Positions 10,260 to 18,535 of a DNA stretch of 58,430 nt are shown one piece after another (within the stretch, counting starts at the first letter, position 1; the number at the start of each line of letters is the position of its first letter). This stretch comes from Alistipes sp. (GTDB lineage: Bacteria; Bacteroidota; Bacteroidia; Bacteroidales; Rikenellaceae): contig JAZOSJ010000088.1 in the NCBI GenBank assembly GCA_045657045.1, positions 1 to 58,430 on the forward strand, given 5' to 3'. The notes beneath the pieces are model-generated. The model saw nothing but the letters and a program-made list of their open reading frames with translations, was not told the origin of the DNA and ran no database searches. Both the position numbers and the translations under genes were made by a program.

Positions 10260-10685
10260 CTATTCGCTCTTCTCTCTTAACATCCTTGAAATCTCGGCAA
10301 GGGTGCGGAGTATTGCCCATGATACCATTGTAGTGGCAAAGATGCAGACCGCAGCGCAGATTGCCCAAATCATCGGTGCGTCTGTGTTGAAATCCATAAT
10401 CATAGGTGCGATAAGCGCGCCAAAGGTGCAAAATAGACCGAGTACTAAGAATATATCGCCAGCATTTACAAGGACTGTCTCGCGGAAGATATATTTCGAT
10501 TTTGGGCGTGGCTCGGCATTGGTGTAGTTATCGCGCTTAACAACGCTCTCGATACCCTCGGGTATTGGCTCGTTTGTAATCTCCTCGGGGCGCTCCGCAG
10601 AGCATGCAGGGCAAACGTTTATATCATTGCTTACAAGGGTGTTGCAGCTACGGCACAACCAAGTCTCCTTATCTATATCGTTCAT
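10260..10685 (-). CDS. Hypothetical membrane protein with N-terminal zinc ribbon
   Basis: WLCRSC-x9-CPAC followed by two hydrophobic helices. Confidence 0.7.
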   Translation of the reverse strand: MNDIDKETWLCRSCNTLVSNDINVCPACSAERPEEITNEPIPEGIESVVKRDNYTNAEPRPKSKYIFRETVLVNAGDIFLVLGLFCTFGALIAPMIMDFNTDAPMIWAICAAVCIFATTMVSWAILRTLAEISRMLREKSE

Positions 10686-10694
10686 AGTTTAATG

Positions 10695-10955
10695 CTATTT
10701 AGTTGCTTCTGAGTGGTCAATATCGCATCCTGCGCAGTTGCCCGAACAGATGTTGTCGGTATCGCAATCCGTGAGACCCATATCCTCGCGAGTCTCCTGC
10801 ACGGCGCACTTTATACCCATCTTCTGCATATTGGGGTTTGTCGAAATCTCCGACTGAATATGATGTCCCTTGAAAAGGTATGTGAGCGACATCGAGAGTG
10901 CGAAAAAGGCGACTACCGCAATCGCTGCTATAATGGTAATTAGAATTGTTGACAT
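10695..10955 (-). CDS. Small membrane-anchored Cys-rich hypothetical protein
   Basis: N-terminal TM helix, NPNMQKMGIKCA, C-terminal CSGNCAGC; promoter box at 10989-10996. Confidence 0.7.
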   Translation of the reverse strand: MSTILITIIAAIAVVAFFALSMSLTYLFKGHHIQSEISTNPNMQKMGIKCAVQETREDMGLTDCDTDNICSGNCAGCDIDHSEATK

Positions 10956-10988
10956 ACTAAATTTTCAATTTAATTGTAAATTTCGATG

Positions 10989-11004
10989 CAAATTTATATA
11001 TTTG
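10989..11004. promoter_or_regulatory. Back-to-back divergent -7 boxes (TAAATTTG on -, TATATTTG on +)
   Basis: caaattta|tatatttg lies between the divergent genes starting at 10955 (-) and 11083 (+). Confidence 0.55.
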
Positions 11005-11082
11005 CAGAGTATTTTGCAAATGTTATAGTTCGTCGTTAGATGACGGCTGTATATAATTGTTTTATATTCACTTAGTTAGTGT

Positions 11083-12423
11083 ATGAAGATAGTAATTGCT
11101 GGTGCAGGTGATATGGGAACACACCTTGCGAAGATGCTTAGTGGTAATGGTCACGACCTTACGGTTGTGGATGTTGAGCCGAAGGCATTGGCTGAGGTGG
11201 GAAACCTTGTAGATGTGGTAACGGTCGAGGGCGATACAACGCAGTTCTCGGTGTTGCGTAAATCGGGTGTCCGCAAGTGTGACCTCTTTATCGCTGTGCG
11301 CTCGGTGGAGAATGACAATATCCTGTCTGCGGTAATGGCAAAACAACTTGGTGCTAAAAAGGCGATTGCCCGTGTAGATAGTCACGAGTATCTCGAGCCT
11401 AACAGCAAGGAGATATTTATCGATATGGGTATCGATTACCTCTTCTACCCAGAGCAGATTGCTGCACGCGAGGTTATCAACTTGCTTGGTCATACATCGT
11501 CAACCGAGTATATCGATTTTGCCGCTGGTAAGCTCTCGTTGGTAGCATTCCGCCTTGAGCTAACCTCGCCTTTGTTGGGTCGCGCGGTTATCGACGAGGG
11601 GTGCGATGACGAGGATTTGGAGTATCGTGTTGTCGCTATTGTGCGAGGCTCAAAGACGATTATCCCATCTATCGAGGATCGCTTCGAGGAGGAGGATATG
11701 GTCTACGTTATTGCTCGACATAGTGCCACAAATCGAGTTGTGGAGCTTTCGGGTCAGCGCCAGGTGGATGTGCGCAATATGATGATTCTCGGTGGCTCGC
11801 GTATCGGAGTGCGCATTGCCAACGAGTTGCAGAATAGCGTGGATATAAAACTTGTGGATTACAATGCAGATAAAGCATTCCGTCTTGCCGAGATGCTCGA
11901 TAAGACGCTTATCATCAACAAAGATGGTCGTGATACCGAGGCTATGATGGAGGAAGATCTCTCGGGTATGGATGCCTTTGTAGCTGTTACGGGTCGTAGC
12001 GAGACAAATATCCTTGCTGCGATGTTGGCGAAGCGTATGGGTGTGAAGAAGGTAATTGCAGAGGTTGAGAATATAAACTATATCTCGTTGGCTGAGAGCG
12101 TGGGTGTAGATACCATTATCAACAAAAAGCTTGTTACAGCATCCAACATCTTCCGCTTTACAATGTCTACTGATGTGCAGGCCATAAAGTGTCTGACAGG
12201 TAGCCAGGCGGAGGTTTTGGAGTTTGTGGTAAAGCCAAACTCTCCAGCAACCAAAGAGCCAATCCGCGATCTTGGACTTCCTGAGGACTCTATCGTGGGA
12301 GGTGTTGTGCGTGGTGATAGAGTATTTATCGCTGTGGGCGACACGCAGATAAATGCCTACGACCGTGTGGTAGTCTTCGCGATGCCAGAGTCGGTAATGC
12401 GCGTTGCTGAATTTTTCAATTAA
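11083..12423 (+). CDS. trkA: Trk potassium uptake NAD-binding subunit
   Basis: Two RCK_N domains (MKIVIAGAGDMG; MILGGSRIG), each followed by an RCK_C domain; 446 aa. Confidence 0.95.
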   Translation: MKIVIAGAGDMGTHLAKMLSGNGHDLTVVDVEPKALAEVGNLVDVVTVEGDTTQFSVLRKSGVRKCDLFIAVRSVENDNILSAVMAKQLGAKKAIARVDSHEYLEPNSKEIFIDMGIDYLFYPEQIAAREVINLLGHTSSTEYIDFAAGKLSLVAFRLELTSPLLGRAVIDEGCDDEDLEYRVVAIVRGSKTIIPSIEDRFEEEDMVYVIARHSATNRVVELSGQRQVDVRNMMILGGSRIGVRIANELQNSVDIKLVDYNADKAFRLAEMLDKTLIINKDGRDTEAMMEEDLSGMDAFVAVTGRSETNILAAMLAKRMGVKKVIAEVENINYISLAESVGVDTIINKKLVTASNIFRFTMSTDVQAIKCLTGSQAEVLEFVVKPNSPATKEPIRDLGLPEDSIVGGVVRGDRVFIAVGDTQINAYDRVVVFAMPESVMRVAEFFN

Positions 12424-12547
12424 TTTCTTGTGATAATAGGTCATCTGTGTCATCTGGCTTGTATGAAAAATGCTCATTTGCCATAAGTAAACTCCGCTTT
12501 TTCAGCCTGCGACCAGCTAACACATCTAACCTCTTCTGACAAGAAAT
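12421..12547. repeat. Palindromic intergenic element B (ends like element C, core like element A)
   Basis: Ends atttcttgtgataatagg / cctcttctgacaagaaat; core aaaaatgctcatttgccataagtaaactccgctttttc. Confidence 0.75.
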
Positions 12548-12630
12548 CAGTAGTACAGCCCATTAGGGTTGGATGAAATAAATAATTATAAACAGAAATA
12601 CAAATAATAATATAAACACTAACACAAACT

Positions 12631-13251
12631 ATGTATATTGCTATTGCAGGTAATATTGGAAGTGGTAAGACAACACTCACCGAAATCCTTACGGAGCGTT
12701 TCAACGCCAAAGCATATTATGAGGATGTGGCAAACCCATATATCAGCGACTTCTACGATGATATGGGTCGTTGGTCGTTCCATCTTCAATTGTGGTTTCT
12801 TGGAAGCCGTATTCAGCAGACAATGACAATGCTTGCAGGCGAGGAGCCTAACGTGGTGCAGGATAGAACGATTTATGAGGATGCTCATATCTTCGCCGAC
12901 AACCTCCACTCGATGGGTCTTATGGCTTCGCGCGACTTCGATACCTATATGAAGATGTTTAATATCGAGCAGGCGTTGTTGCCAAAGCCCGATGTGCTTA
13001 TCTATCTTAAAGCGAGTGTGCCTACGCTTATCTCGCAGATTAAGATGCGTGGTAGAGATTATGAACAGAATATCGACGAGGCGTATCTAACTCGTCTTAA
13101 CGAAAAGTATAATCATTGGATTGAAAACCTCTATGAGGGTCGTGTGTTGGTTGTAGATAAGGATGTCGACGATTTCGTTGCAGACCCCTCTATTATCGAC
13201 CGTATTTGTGCCTCTGTGGAGGAGATGTGTATAGGTAAACGTCAGTTGTAG
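12631..13251 (+). CDS. Deoxynucleoside kinase
   Basis: IAGNIGSGKTT P-loop, DRTIYED, PDVLIYL, RGRDYE. Confidence 0.92.
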   Translation: MYIAIAGNIGSGKTTLTEILTERFNAKAYYEDVANPYISDFYDDMGRWSFHLQLWFLGSRIQQTMTMLAGEEPNVVQDRTIYEDAHIFADNLHSMGLMASRDFDTYMKMFNIEQALLPKPDVLIYLKASVPTLISQIKMRGRDYEQNIDEAYLTRLNEKYNHWIENLYEGRVLVVDKDVDDFVADPSIIDRICASVEEMCIGKRQL

Positions 13252-13252
13252 A

Positions 13253-14614
13253 ATGTCACGACCACTACCCGAAAGTTTTGTAGCGTCGATGCGCCAGATG
13301 CTTGGCGAGGATGCCGAGAGGTTGTTCGCAGCTCTCGACACTGAGCCTGTTGTATCGATACGTCTAAACCCATACAAAAAGGCAAAGGTCTTCGATGGCG
13401 AGGATATAGGTTGGTCTCAGTGGGGTAGATACCTTGCTGAGCGCCCACAATTTACGCTCGACCCGTTGATGCACGGTGGTGCATACTATGTGCAGGAAGC
13501 ATCGTCGCAGTTTGTGGAGTATCTGCTTAAAGATGATAACCTTGGAGGTAAACGCGTATTGGATATGTGTGCTGCCCCAGGTGGTAAGACTACGATATAC
13601 TCTACGCTCGTGGGTCGTGAGGGCTTGGTTGTGGCTAATGATATAAATCGTGGTCGCACGCTTGCTCTTGCCGATAATGTGCAGCGCTGGGGCTTGGGTA
13701 ATGTCGTCGTTACGTGCAACGAGCCGAGCCATATCGGTGCCTTTGAGCATTGGTTTGATGTGGTGGCTGTCGATGCGCCCTGCTCTGGTGAGGGTATGTT
13801 CCGCAAGATGGAGGAGGCACGCACGGAGTGGACACAATCCTCGGTGGATGTGTGCGTGGCGCGCCAGAAGGAGATTTTGGCAGAGGCGTGGCGAACACTG
13901 CGACCAGGAGGTAAGTTGCTTTATAGTACCTGTACATTTAACGACCGCGAGGACGAGGGTGTTGTTAAATGGCTGATGGAGGAGTATGGCGATAGCCTCG
14001 AATCGGTTGAACGTGTTGAACTTAATGATGAGTGGGGTATTGTTAGTAGCGATATAGGGGCTTTTCAATGCTTCCATTTCTACCCGCATAAGGTTCAGGG
14101 CGAGGGCTTCTTTGTTGCCGTAGCGCGCAAGAAAGAGAGTCATATCAGACGCGTTGTGCCTAAGTCGCGCCGTAAGGTTTTTGCGCAGTTGCAGAATAAG
14201 GAGGTAGCTGAAGTATCGCGTTGGGTGGATAATCCTAAACAAATGACATTCAAACTAATTGGCGATGTGGTATACGGTTACAATTATGCCATTGTGGATG
14301 ATGTCGTTAGTCTTAGTGAGTCGCTCTCTGTTGTCTATTCGGGTGTTGCTATGGGACAGATGTTTAAGGGTAAGCTAAAACCCGAACATCCGTTGGCATT
14401 GTATGTAGGATGCAACGATGATGTAGTGCCCGCTGTGGAGGTGTCGTTAGATGATGCTTTGGACTATCTGCGCCGTCAGGATATTGCACCGTCGCAGTTT
14501 GAGGAGGGTATCAACAGAGTTGCATACGGCGGTGTTACTATTGGCTTTATCAAGCGTATAGGTGTGCGCTGTAACAATATGTACCCTAAGGATTTGAGAA
14601 TAATTAAACTATAA
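13253..14614 (+). CDS. RsmF/NOP2-type rRNA m5C methyltransferase
   Basis: YYVQEASS, LDMCAAPGGKT, VDAPCSGEGMFRK, YSTCTF; RsmF-type C-terminal domain. Confidence 0.92.
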   Translation: MSRPLPESFVASMRQMLGEDAERLFAALDTEPVVSIRLNPYKKAKVFDGEDIGWSQWGRYLAERPQFTLDPLMHGGAYYVQEASSQFVEYLLKDDNLGGKRVLDMCAAPGGKTTIYSTLVGREGLVVANDINRGRTLALADNVQRWGLGNVVVTCNEPSHIGAFEHWFDVVAVDAPCSGEGMFRKMEEARTEWTQSSVDVCVARQKEILAEAWRTLRPGGKLLYSTCTFNDREDEGVVKWLMEEYGDSLESVERVELNDEWGIVSSDIGAFQCFHFYPHKVQGEGFFVAVARKKESHIRRVVPKSRRKVFAQLQNKEVAEVSRWVDNPKQMTFKLIGDVVYGYNYAIVDDVVSLSESLSVVYSGVAMGQMFKGKLKPEHPLALYVGCNDDVVPAVEVSLDDALDYLRRQDIAPSQFEEGINRVAYGGVTIGFIKRIGVRCNNMYPKDLRIIKL

Positions 14615-14619
14615 TATAT

Positions 14620-15243
14620 ATGGCAAAGCTATTGTATTCAATGGGTGAGGTAACCGAGATGTTCGATGTTAACGCATCGCTCATTCGCTATTGGGAGTCG
14701 AAGTTCGACTGTATCAAGCCTCATAAAAACAAGAAGGGTAACCGAATGTTTACCCCTGCCGATGTTGAGAATTTGAAACTTATCTACCACCTTGTTAAGG
14801 AGAAGGGTATGACCCTTGAAGGTGCAAATATGGCGATGAAGCGCCGCGGTAAGAGTGTTCAGCGCGATGTCTCTATCTTGGAGCGCTTGCAGCATATACG
14901 CGCTATGTTATTGGAGGTGCGCGAGTCTTTGGGTGACGACACTCCTGCCGAGTATGAGGCGCCTATCGAGGCTATGGCGGAACTTATCTCGGATGTCGAG
15001 GCTGAGGCTCAGGCTGAGGTTGTTGCTGCTGTTACCACTAAGGAGGAGCCTAAGGAGGTTGCAGAGACTCCAAAGGTGGAGATTGTGGAGGAGGCTCCGC
15101 GTCGTCGTGGTCGCCCTCGTAAGGTTGTGGAGCAGACTGAGGCTGAGGAGACACCACAGAGCGTTACACGCCGTAAGCCTAAGGCTAAGCGTACGGAGGA
15201 GCATAAGGAGTTATTCCCATTCTACGAGCAGTCGCTATTCTAA
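14620..15243 (+). CDS. MerR-family HTH protein with acidic tail and AT-hook-like motif
   Basis: YSMGEV...NASLIRYWE..F...PHKNKKGNRMF; C-terminal low-complexity tail containing PRRRGRPRK. Confidence 0.85.
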   Translation: MAKLLYSMGEVTEMFDVNASLIRYWESKFDCIKPHKNKKGNRMFTPADVENLKLIYHLVKEKGMTLEGANMAMKRRGKSVQRDVSILERLQHIRAMLLEVRESLGDDTPAEYEAPIEAMAELISDVEAEAQAEVVAAVTTKEEPKEVAETPKVEIVEEAPRRRGRPRKVVEQTEAEETPQSVTRRKPKAKRTEEHKELFPFYEQSLF

Positions 15244-15248
15244 TAAGA

Positions 15249-16046
15249 TTGACTATGAAAATTCGCGATATAGCAGCTGTAATAGAGGAGTTTGCACCAT
15301 TGTCGCTACAAGCTGAGTATGATAACTCTGGTCTTGTGGTGGGTCGTATGGATGATGAGGTGCACGCTGCTCTTTTGGCAGTGGATGTAACTGAGGAGGT
15401 TATCGACGAGGCTATTGCCGAGGGGTGCGATATTATCATCACGCACCATCCGATTATCTTCTCACCATTGAAACGTCTGAACTCTGCGACATACGTTGAA
15501 CGTTGTGTTGAGCGTGCCATTCGCCATAATATTGCGCTCTATGCTTGCCATACCAACCTCGATAGCGTTCAGGGCGGCACGAGCTGGTATGTAGGCACGG
15601 CACTCGGCTTGGAGAATATGCGTGTTCTCGAACCTCGCAAGGGTGATGATAGTGTGGGCTATGGCGTTGTGGGCGAGTTGCCCGAGGTGGAGGATGCTAT
15701 GGTATTCCTCAAGCGCGTGAAGGAGACCTTCAATGTAGGTGCTGTGCGCCATAGCGATATACCTGCCGCTGATGCTTCGGTGCGTAGGGTTGCGATATGC
15801 ACAGGCTCTGGTCGGTCGAATATAGAGGATGCTCTTCGTGCCGAGGCAGATGTATATATCACTGCCGATTTGCGCTATAACGACTTTATGTGTGGCGAAA
15901 ATCGTATGATTTTGGCTGATATTGGACATTTTGAGAGCGAATTTTGCGCAATTAACATTTTGGATATGGTAATATCAAAAAAAATGTGTACCTTTGCGGT
16001 TCGCAAGAGCGAACGCTCTCGTAACCCGATACATTATTTACTCTAA
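15249..16046 (+). CDS. Nif3-like dinuclear metal centre protein
   Basis: DNSGL, IITHHPIIF, HTNLD, DIGHFESE; likely start is ATG 15255. Confidence 0.92.
   Translation: MTMKIRDIAAVIEEFAPLSLQAEYDNSGLVVGRMDDEVHAALLAVDVTEEVIDEAIAEGCDIIITHHPIIFSPLKRLNSATYVERCVERAIRHNIALYACHTNLDSVQGGTSWYVGTALGLENMRVLEPRKGDDSVGYGVVGELPEVEDAMVFLKRVKETFNVGAVRHSDIPAADASVRRVAICTGSGRSNIEDALRAEADVYITADLRYNDFMCGENRMILADIGHFESEFCAINILDMVISKKMCTFAVRKSERSRNPIHYLL
15989..15996 (+). promoter_or_regulatory. Internal -7 box TACCTTTG for the zinc-ribbon gene
   Basis: TAnnTTTG inside the nif3 3' end, about 80 bp upstream of 16079. Confidence 0.5.
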
Positions 16047-16078
16047 CAAATTGCTGGAATAACTAAAAAGCATAATAT

Positions 16079-16819
16079 ATGGCACAGAAAAAGACAAATG
16101 AGGTTGACTACTCGATGCAGGAGAAGATTATGGCTCTTTATGAGTTGCAGAAGATTGACTCTCAGATCGACGAGATTAACAAGGTTAAGGGTGAGTTGCC
16201 ACTTGAGGTGCAGGATCTCGAGGACGAGCTTGCAGGTCTTAACACCCGTATCGAGAATATCAATGCCGAGATTGAGGAGCTAAACTCTCTTACTCGCCAG
16301 CGTAAGCGCGAGGTTGACCAGGCAAAGATTATGATTGGCAACTACAAGGAGCAGCAGAATAATGTTCGTAACAACCGCGAGTTCGATGCCATCAACAAGG
16401 AGATTGAGTATCAGGAACTCGAGATTGAGCTTGCAGAGAAGCGTCTCAAGGAGTACGCTGCACAGACTAAGACTAAGAAGGCAATTATCGACGATACAAC
16501 AGCTCTTATCGAGGAGCGCAATATCGACTATAAGGCTAAGAAGGAGGAGCTCGACTCTATTGAGACTGAGACAGCACAGCAGATTGCCGAGCTTATGGCT
16601 AAGGCCGAGCAGGCTAAGCAGCCTATCGATGAGCGTTTGCTTGCAGCTTACAACCGTATTCGTAGCAACGTTCGCAACGGTCTAGCAGTAGTAACCGTTA
16701 CCCGCGATGCTTGCGGTGGTTGCTTCAACCGCATTCCTCCACAGCGTCAGGCTGATATCCGCCAGGGTAAGAAGTTTATCGTGTGTGAGTATTGCGGTCG
16801 TATCCTCGTATCTGAGTAA
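16079..16819 (+). CDS. Coiled-coil protein with C4-type zinc ribbon (DUF164/CT398-like)
   Basis: LYELQKIDSQID, long coiled coil, ACGGCF...CEYCGRIL; usual neighbour of nif3. Confidence 0.9.
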   Translation: MAQKKTNEVDYSMQEKIMALYELQKIDSQIDEINKVKGELPLEVQDLEDELAGLNTRIENINAEIEELNSLTRQRKREVDQAKIMIGNYKEQQNNVRNNREFDAINKEIEYQELEIELAEKRLKEYAAQTKTKKAIIDDTTALIEERNIDYKAKKEELDSIETETAQQIAELMAKAEQAKQPIDERLLAAYNRIRSNVRNGLAVVTVTRDACGGCFNRIPPQRQADIRQGKKFIVCEYCGRILVSE

Positions 16820-16820
16820 T

Positions 16821-17000
16821 ATTTCTTGTGATAAGGGGCACATCTGCTGCCGCTAACAAAAGAAAATGCGAATGGGCAGTACGCCAAAGTACAGCCCATC
16901 CGTATTTTTTTTGCCGAGCGTTGCATCTGACCCCTTCTGACAAGAAATTAGGTCTCACGCTTGGTAAAGTGTGCGCGTCTTTCTGACAAGAAATTAGGTC
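16821..17000. repeat. Palindromic intergenic element C with duplicated right end
   Basis: Ends atttcttgtgataagggg / ccccttctgacaagaaat; core hairpin atgggc.gtac-gccaaa-gtac.gcccat. The 20-mer ttctgacaagaaattaggtc occurs at both 16935 and 16981. Confidence 0.75.
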
Positions 17001-17070
17001 GTGCTGCCCGGAAGGTGGTTTTTTTTTGTTTCGCTCTGCGAGCGAACAGCTAAAAGCTGAGGAAGATTAA

Positions 17071-17159
17071 GAGAGGGCAGAGAGAGAAGAGAGGACAGAG
17101 AGTGCAGAGATTTATTTTAAATTGTGATACTCAGTTTCCCTGCTCTCCCTGCTCTCCCT
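17071..17159. repeat. Opposed short tandem 9-mer arrays (purine tract vs pyrimidine tract)
   Basis: gagagggca|gagagagaa|gagaggaca|gagagtgca at 17071-17106, and ccctgctct|ccctgctct|ccct at 17138-17159. Confidence 0.6.
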
Positions 17160-17247
17160 TATAAAACACTCGCGCGCAGCGCACCTTACTTTTTAGTCAG
17201 CCCTTTTTTTTGTGATAGTAGGTCGCGCGATGGGTGATGTCGTATTC

Positions 17248-17751
17248 TTACGGTTTTATTGTGTGTCCTTTTATAATAAGGTAGCCTTCGTGGAGGGCAG
17301 AGAGTAGGGCAAGGGGAATGACCGTATATAGCAAATATCGTTGATCGAGAAATAATAGGGTTGCGGGAGTGATATAAAGTATCGCCCCCGTAACTTTATT
17401 CAATAAGGTATGTAGCGATATGAATTTTTGATCGTGGATATAACCCAAGACGATATTTATTAGTTTGATGAAGGCGATTATAGCAATCCATAACCACAAA
17501 GAATGGTTAAGTATAGGAGCTACCTTGATAATAACAACAAATGCAAAGATAGTGTCGGCGATAGTATCAAGTCTTGCACCAAACTCTGTTGCACTATTTG
17601 TCCTGCGTGCAATAGTACCATCCACCATATCGCTAATACCACAAATCGCATACGCAATATAAAACCATACCGAAAATAATGGCAACAACAATATGGCGCC
17701 GCTAAATACAATGCGTAGAGATGTAATGATGTTCGCAAAATATCTAATCAT
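17248..17751 (-). CDS. CDP-alcohol phosphatidyltransferase family protein
   Basis: ANIITSLRI and signature DMVDGTIAR...GARLDTIAD; hydrophobic. Confidence 0.9.
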   Translation of the reverse strand: MIRYFANIITSLRIVFSGAILLLPLFSVWFYIAYAICGISDMVDGTIARRTNSATEFGARLDTIADTIFAFVVIIKVAPILNHSLWLWIAIIAFIKLINIVLGYIHDQKFISLHTLLNKVTGAILYITPATLLFLDQRYLLYTVIPLALLSALHEGYLIIKGHTIKP

Positions 17752-17778
17752 AATACTAAATCACTGTAAAGATGCAAA

Positions 17779-17883
17779 GTTCGATTGGTCAAGTCCGAAG
17801 CATTAACACACATCGGGTGTGCCCGGAATTCTGGACTGATTTCTGATTCCCAAATAGTCCCTATTTCGTCAAAGTAACGAGGG
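17779..17883 (-). ncRNA. Candidate structured cis-regulatory RNA/leader element
   Basis: Minus strand folds by eye into CCCT/AGGG enclosing CGTTA/TGACG, then TCAGTCC/GGACTTGA enclosing GCACAC/GTGTGT. It ends 27 nt before the ATG. Family not identified. Confidence 0.45.
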
Positions 17884-17892
17884 TAAAGCCAC

Positions 17893-17930
17893 AAAAAATA
17901 GGAGCGAGAAACTAATTTCTCTCGCTCCTA
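17893..17930 (-). terminator. Intrinsic terminator of the DUF4252 gene
   Basis: 11-bp stem taggagcgaga / tctcgctccta followed by a T-run on the minus strand. Confidence 0.8.
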
Positions 17931-17994
17931 ATTCACGGCGCAAAAAGCGCCACTATTCGCCTCATTACACTATTTAGTCAGCCTCGCCTTGACT

Positions 17995-18450
17995 TTATTG
18001 AAGCTTTCCTGTGTTAAGGAATGATGCTACAAACTCTTGTGGTATGCTGCCTGAGATGTTAACGAGCACACTCTTCTTTTTCTCAGCAATCAAAACAAGC
18101 GCCTCGGTAACCCTGTCGTTAGCGCTTATGGTGTAAATATAGGTAGTGGCGTTGTTCTTCTTAAGTGTCGCCAAGTTCTCAAGCGCGCGCTTCTTTGCGA
18201 TACGCTGAGTGCGCTTGTTGATAGCCTTAGCAGCAGATTTACTATTGCTGGTTAGGATGACAACATTGTCGACATACTCCATCCCAGCAGCATTCTCATC
18301 GCCCAACATTCTTAGCATATGCTTAGAGATGTATGCTGACGACGCCTTGTTGGCATCGGTAAATGACTCGGCAAGCTTCTGTACCTCAGGGATTGATGCC
18401 ATTGCGCTCATAGGCAACAACATCATAACTAACAATATAAATCTTTTCAT
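17995..18450 (-). CDS. DUF4252-like exported protein
   Basis: Signal peptide, SAYISKHMLRML, VLVNISGSI; TATATTTG box at 18470-18477. Confidence 0.65.
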   Translation of the reverse strand: MKRFILLVMMLLPMSAMASIPEVQKLAESFTDANKASSAYISKHMLRMLGDENAAGMEYVDNVVILTSNSKSAAKAINKRTQRIAKKRALENLATLKKNNATTYIYTISANDRVTEALVLIAEKKKSVLVNISGSIPQEFVASFLNTGKLQ

Positions 18451-18535
18451 ATAAAGTAGGTTTTGAGTGCAAATATAAACATTATTTTCGAAAAAACAAT
18501 ACTTTACCTATATTTAAGTGTAATTTTAGCCAAAT

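Noticed and set aside
11650-14242. Long antisense ORFs (275 aa and 292 aa) opposite trkA and the rRNA methyltransferase, and similar shadows elsewhere
   Set aside because: They mirror well-supported genes, have no recognisable motifs, and are expected from codon bias.
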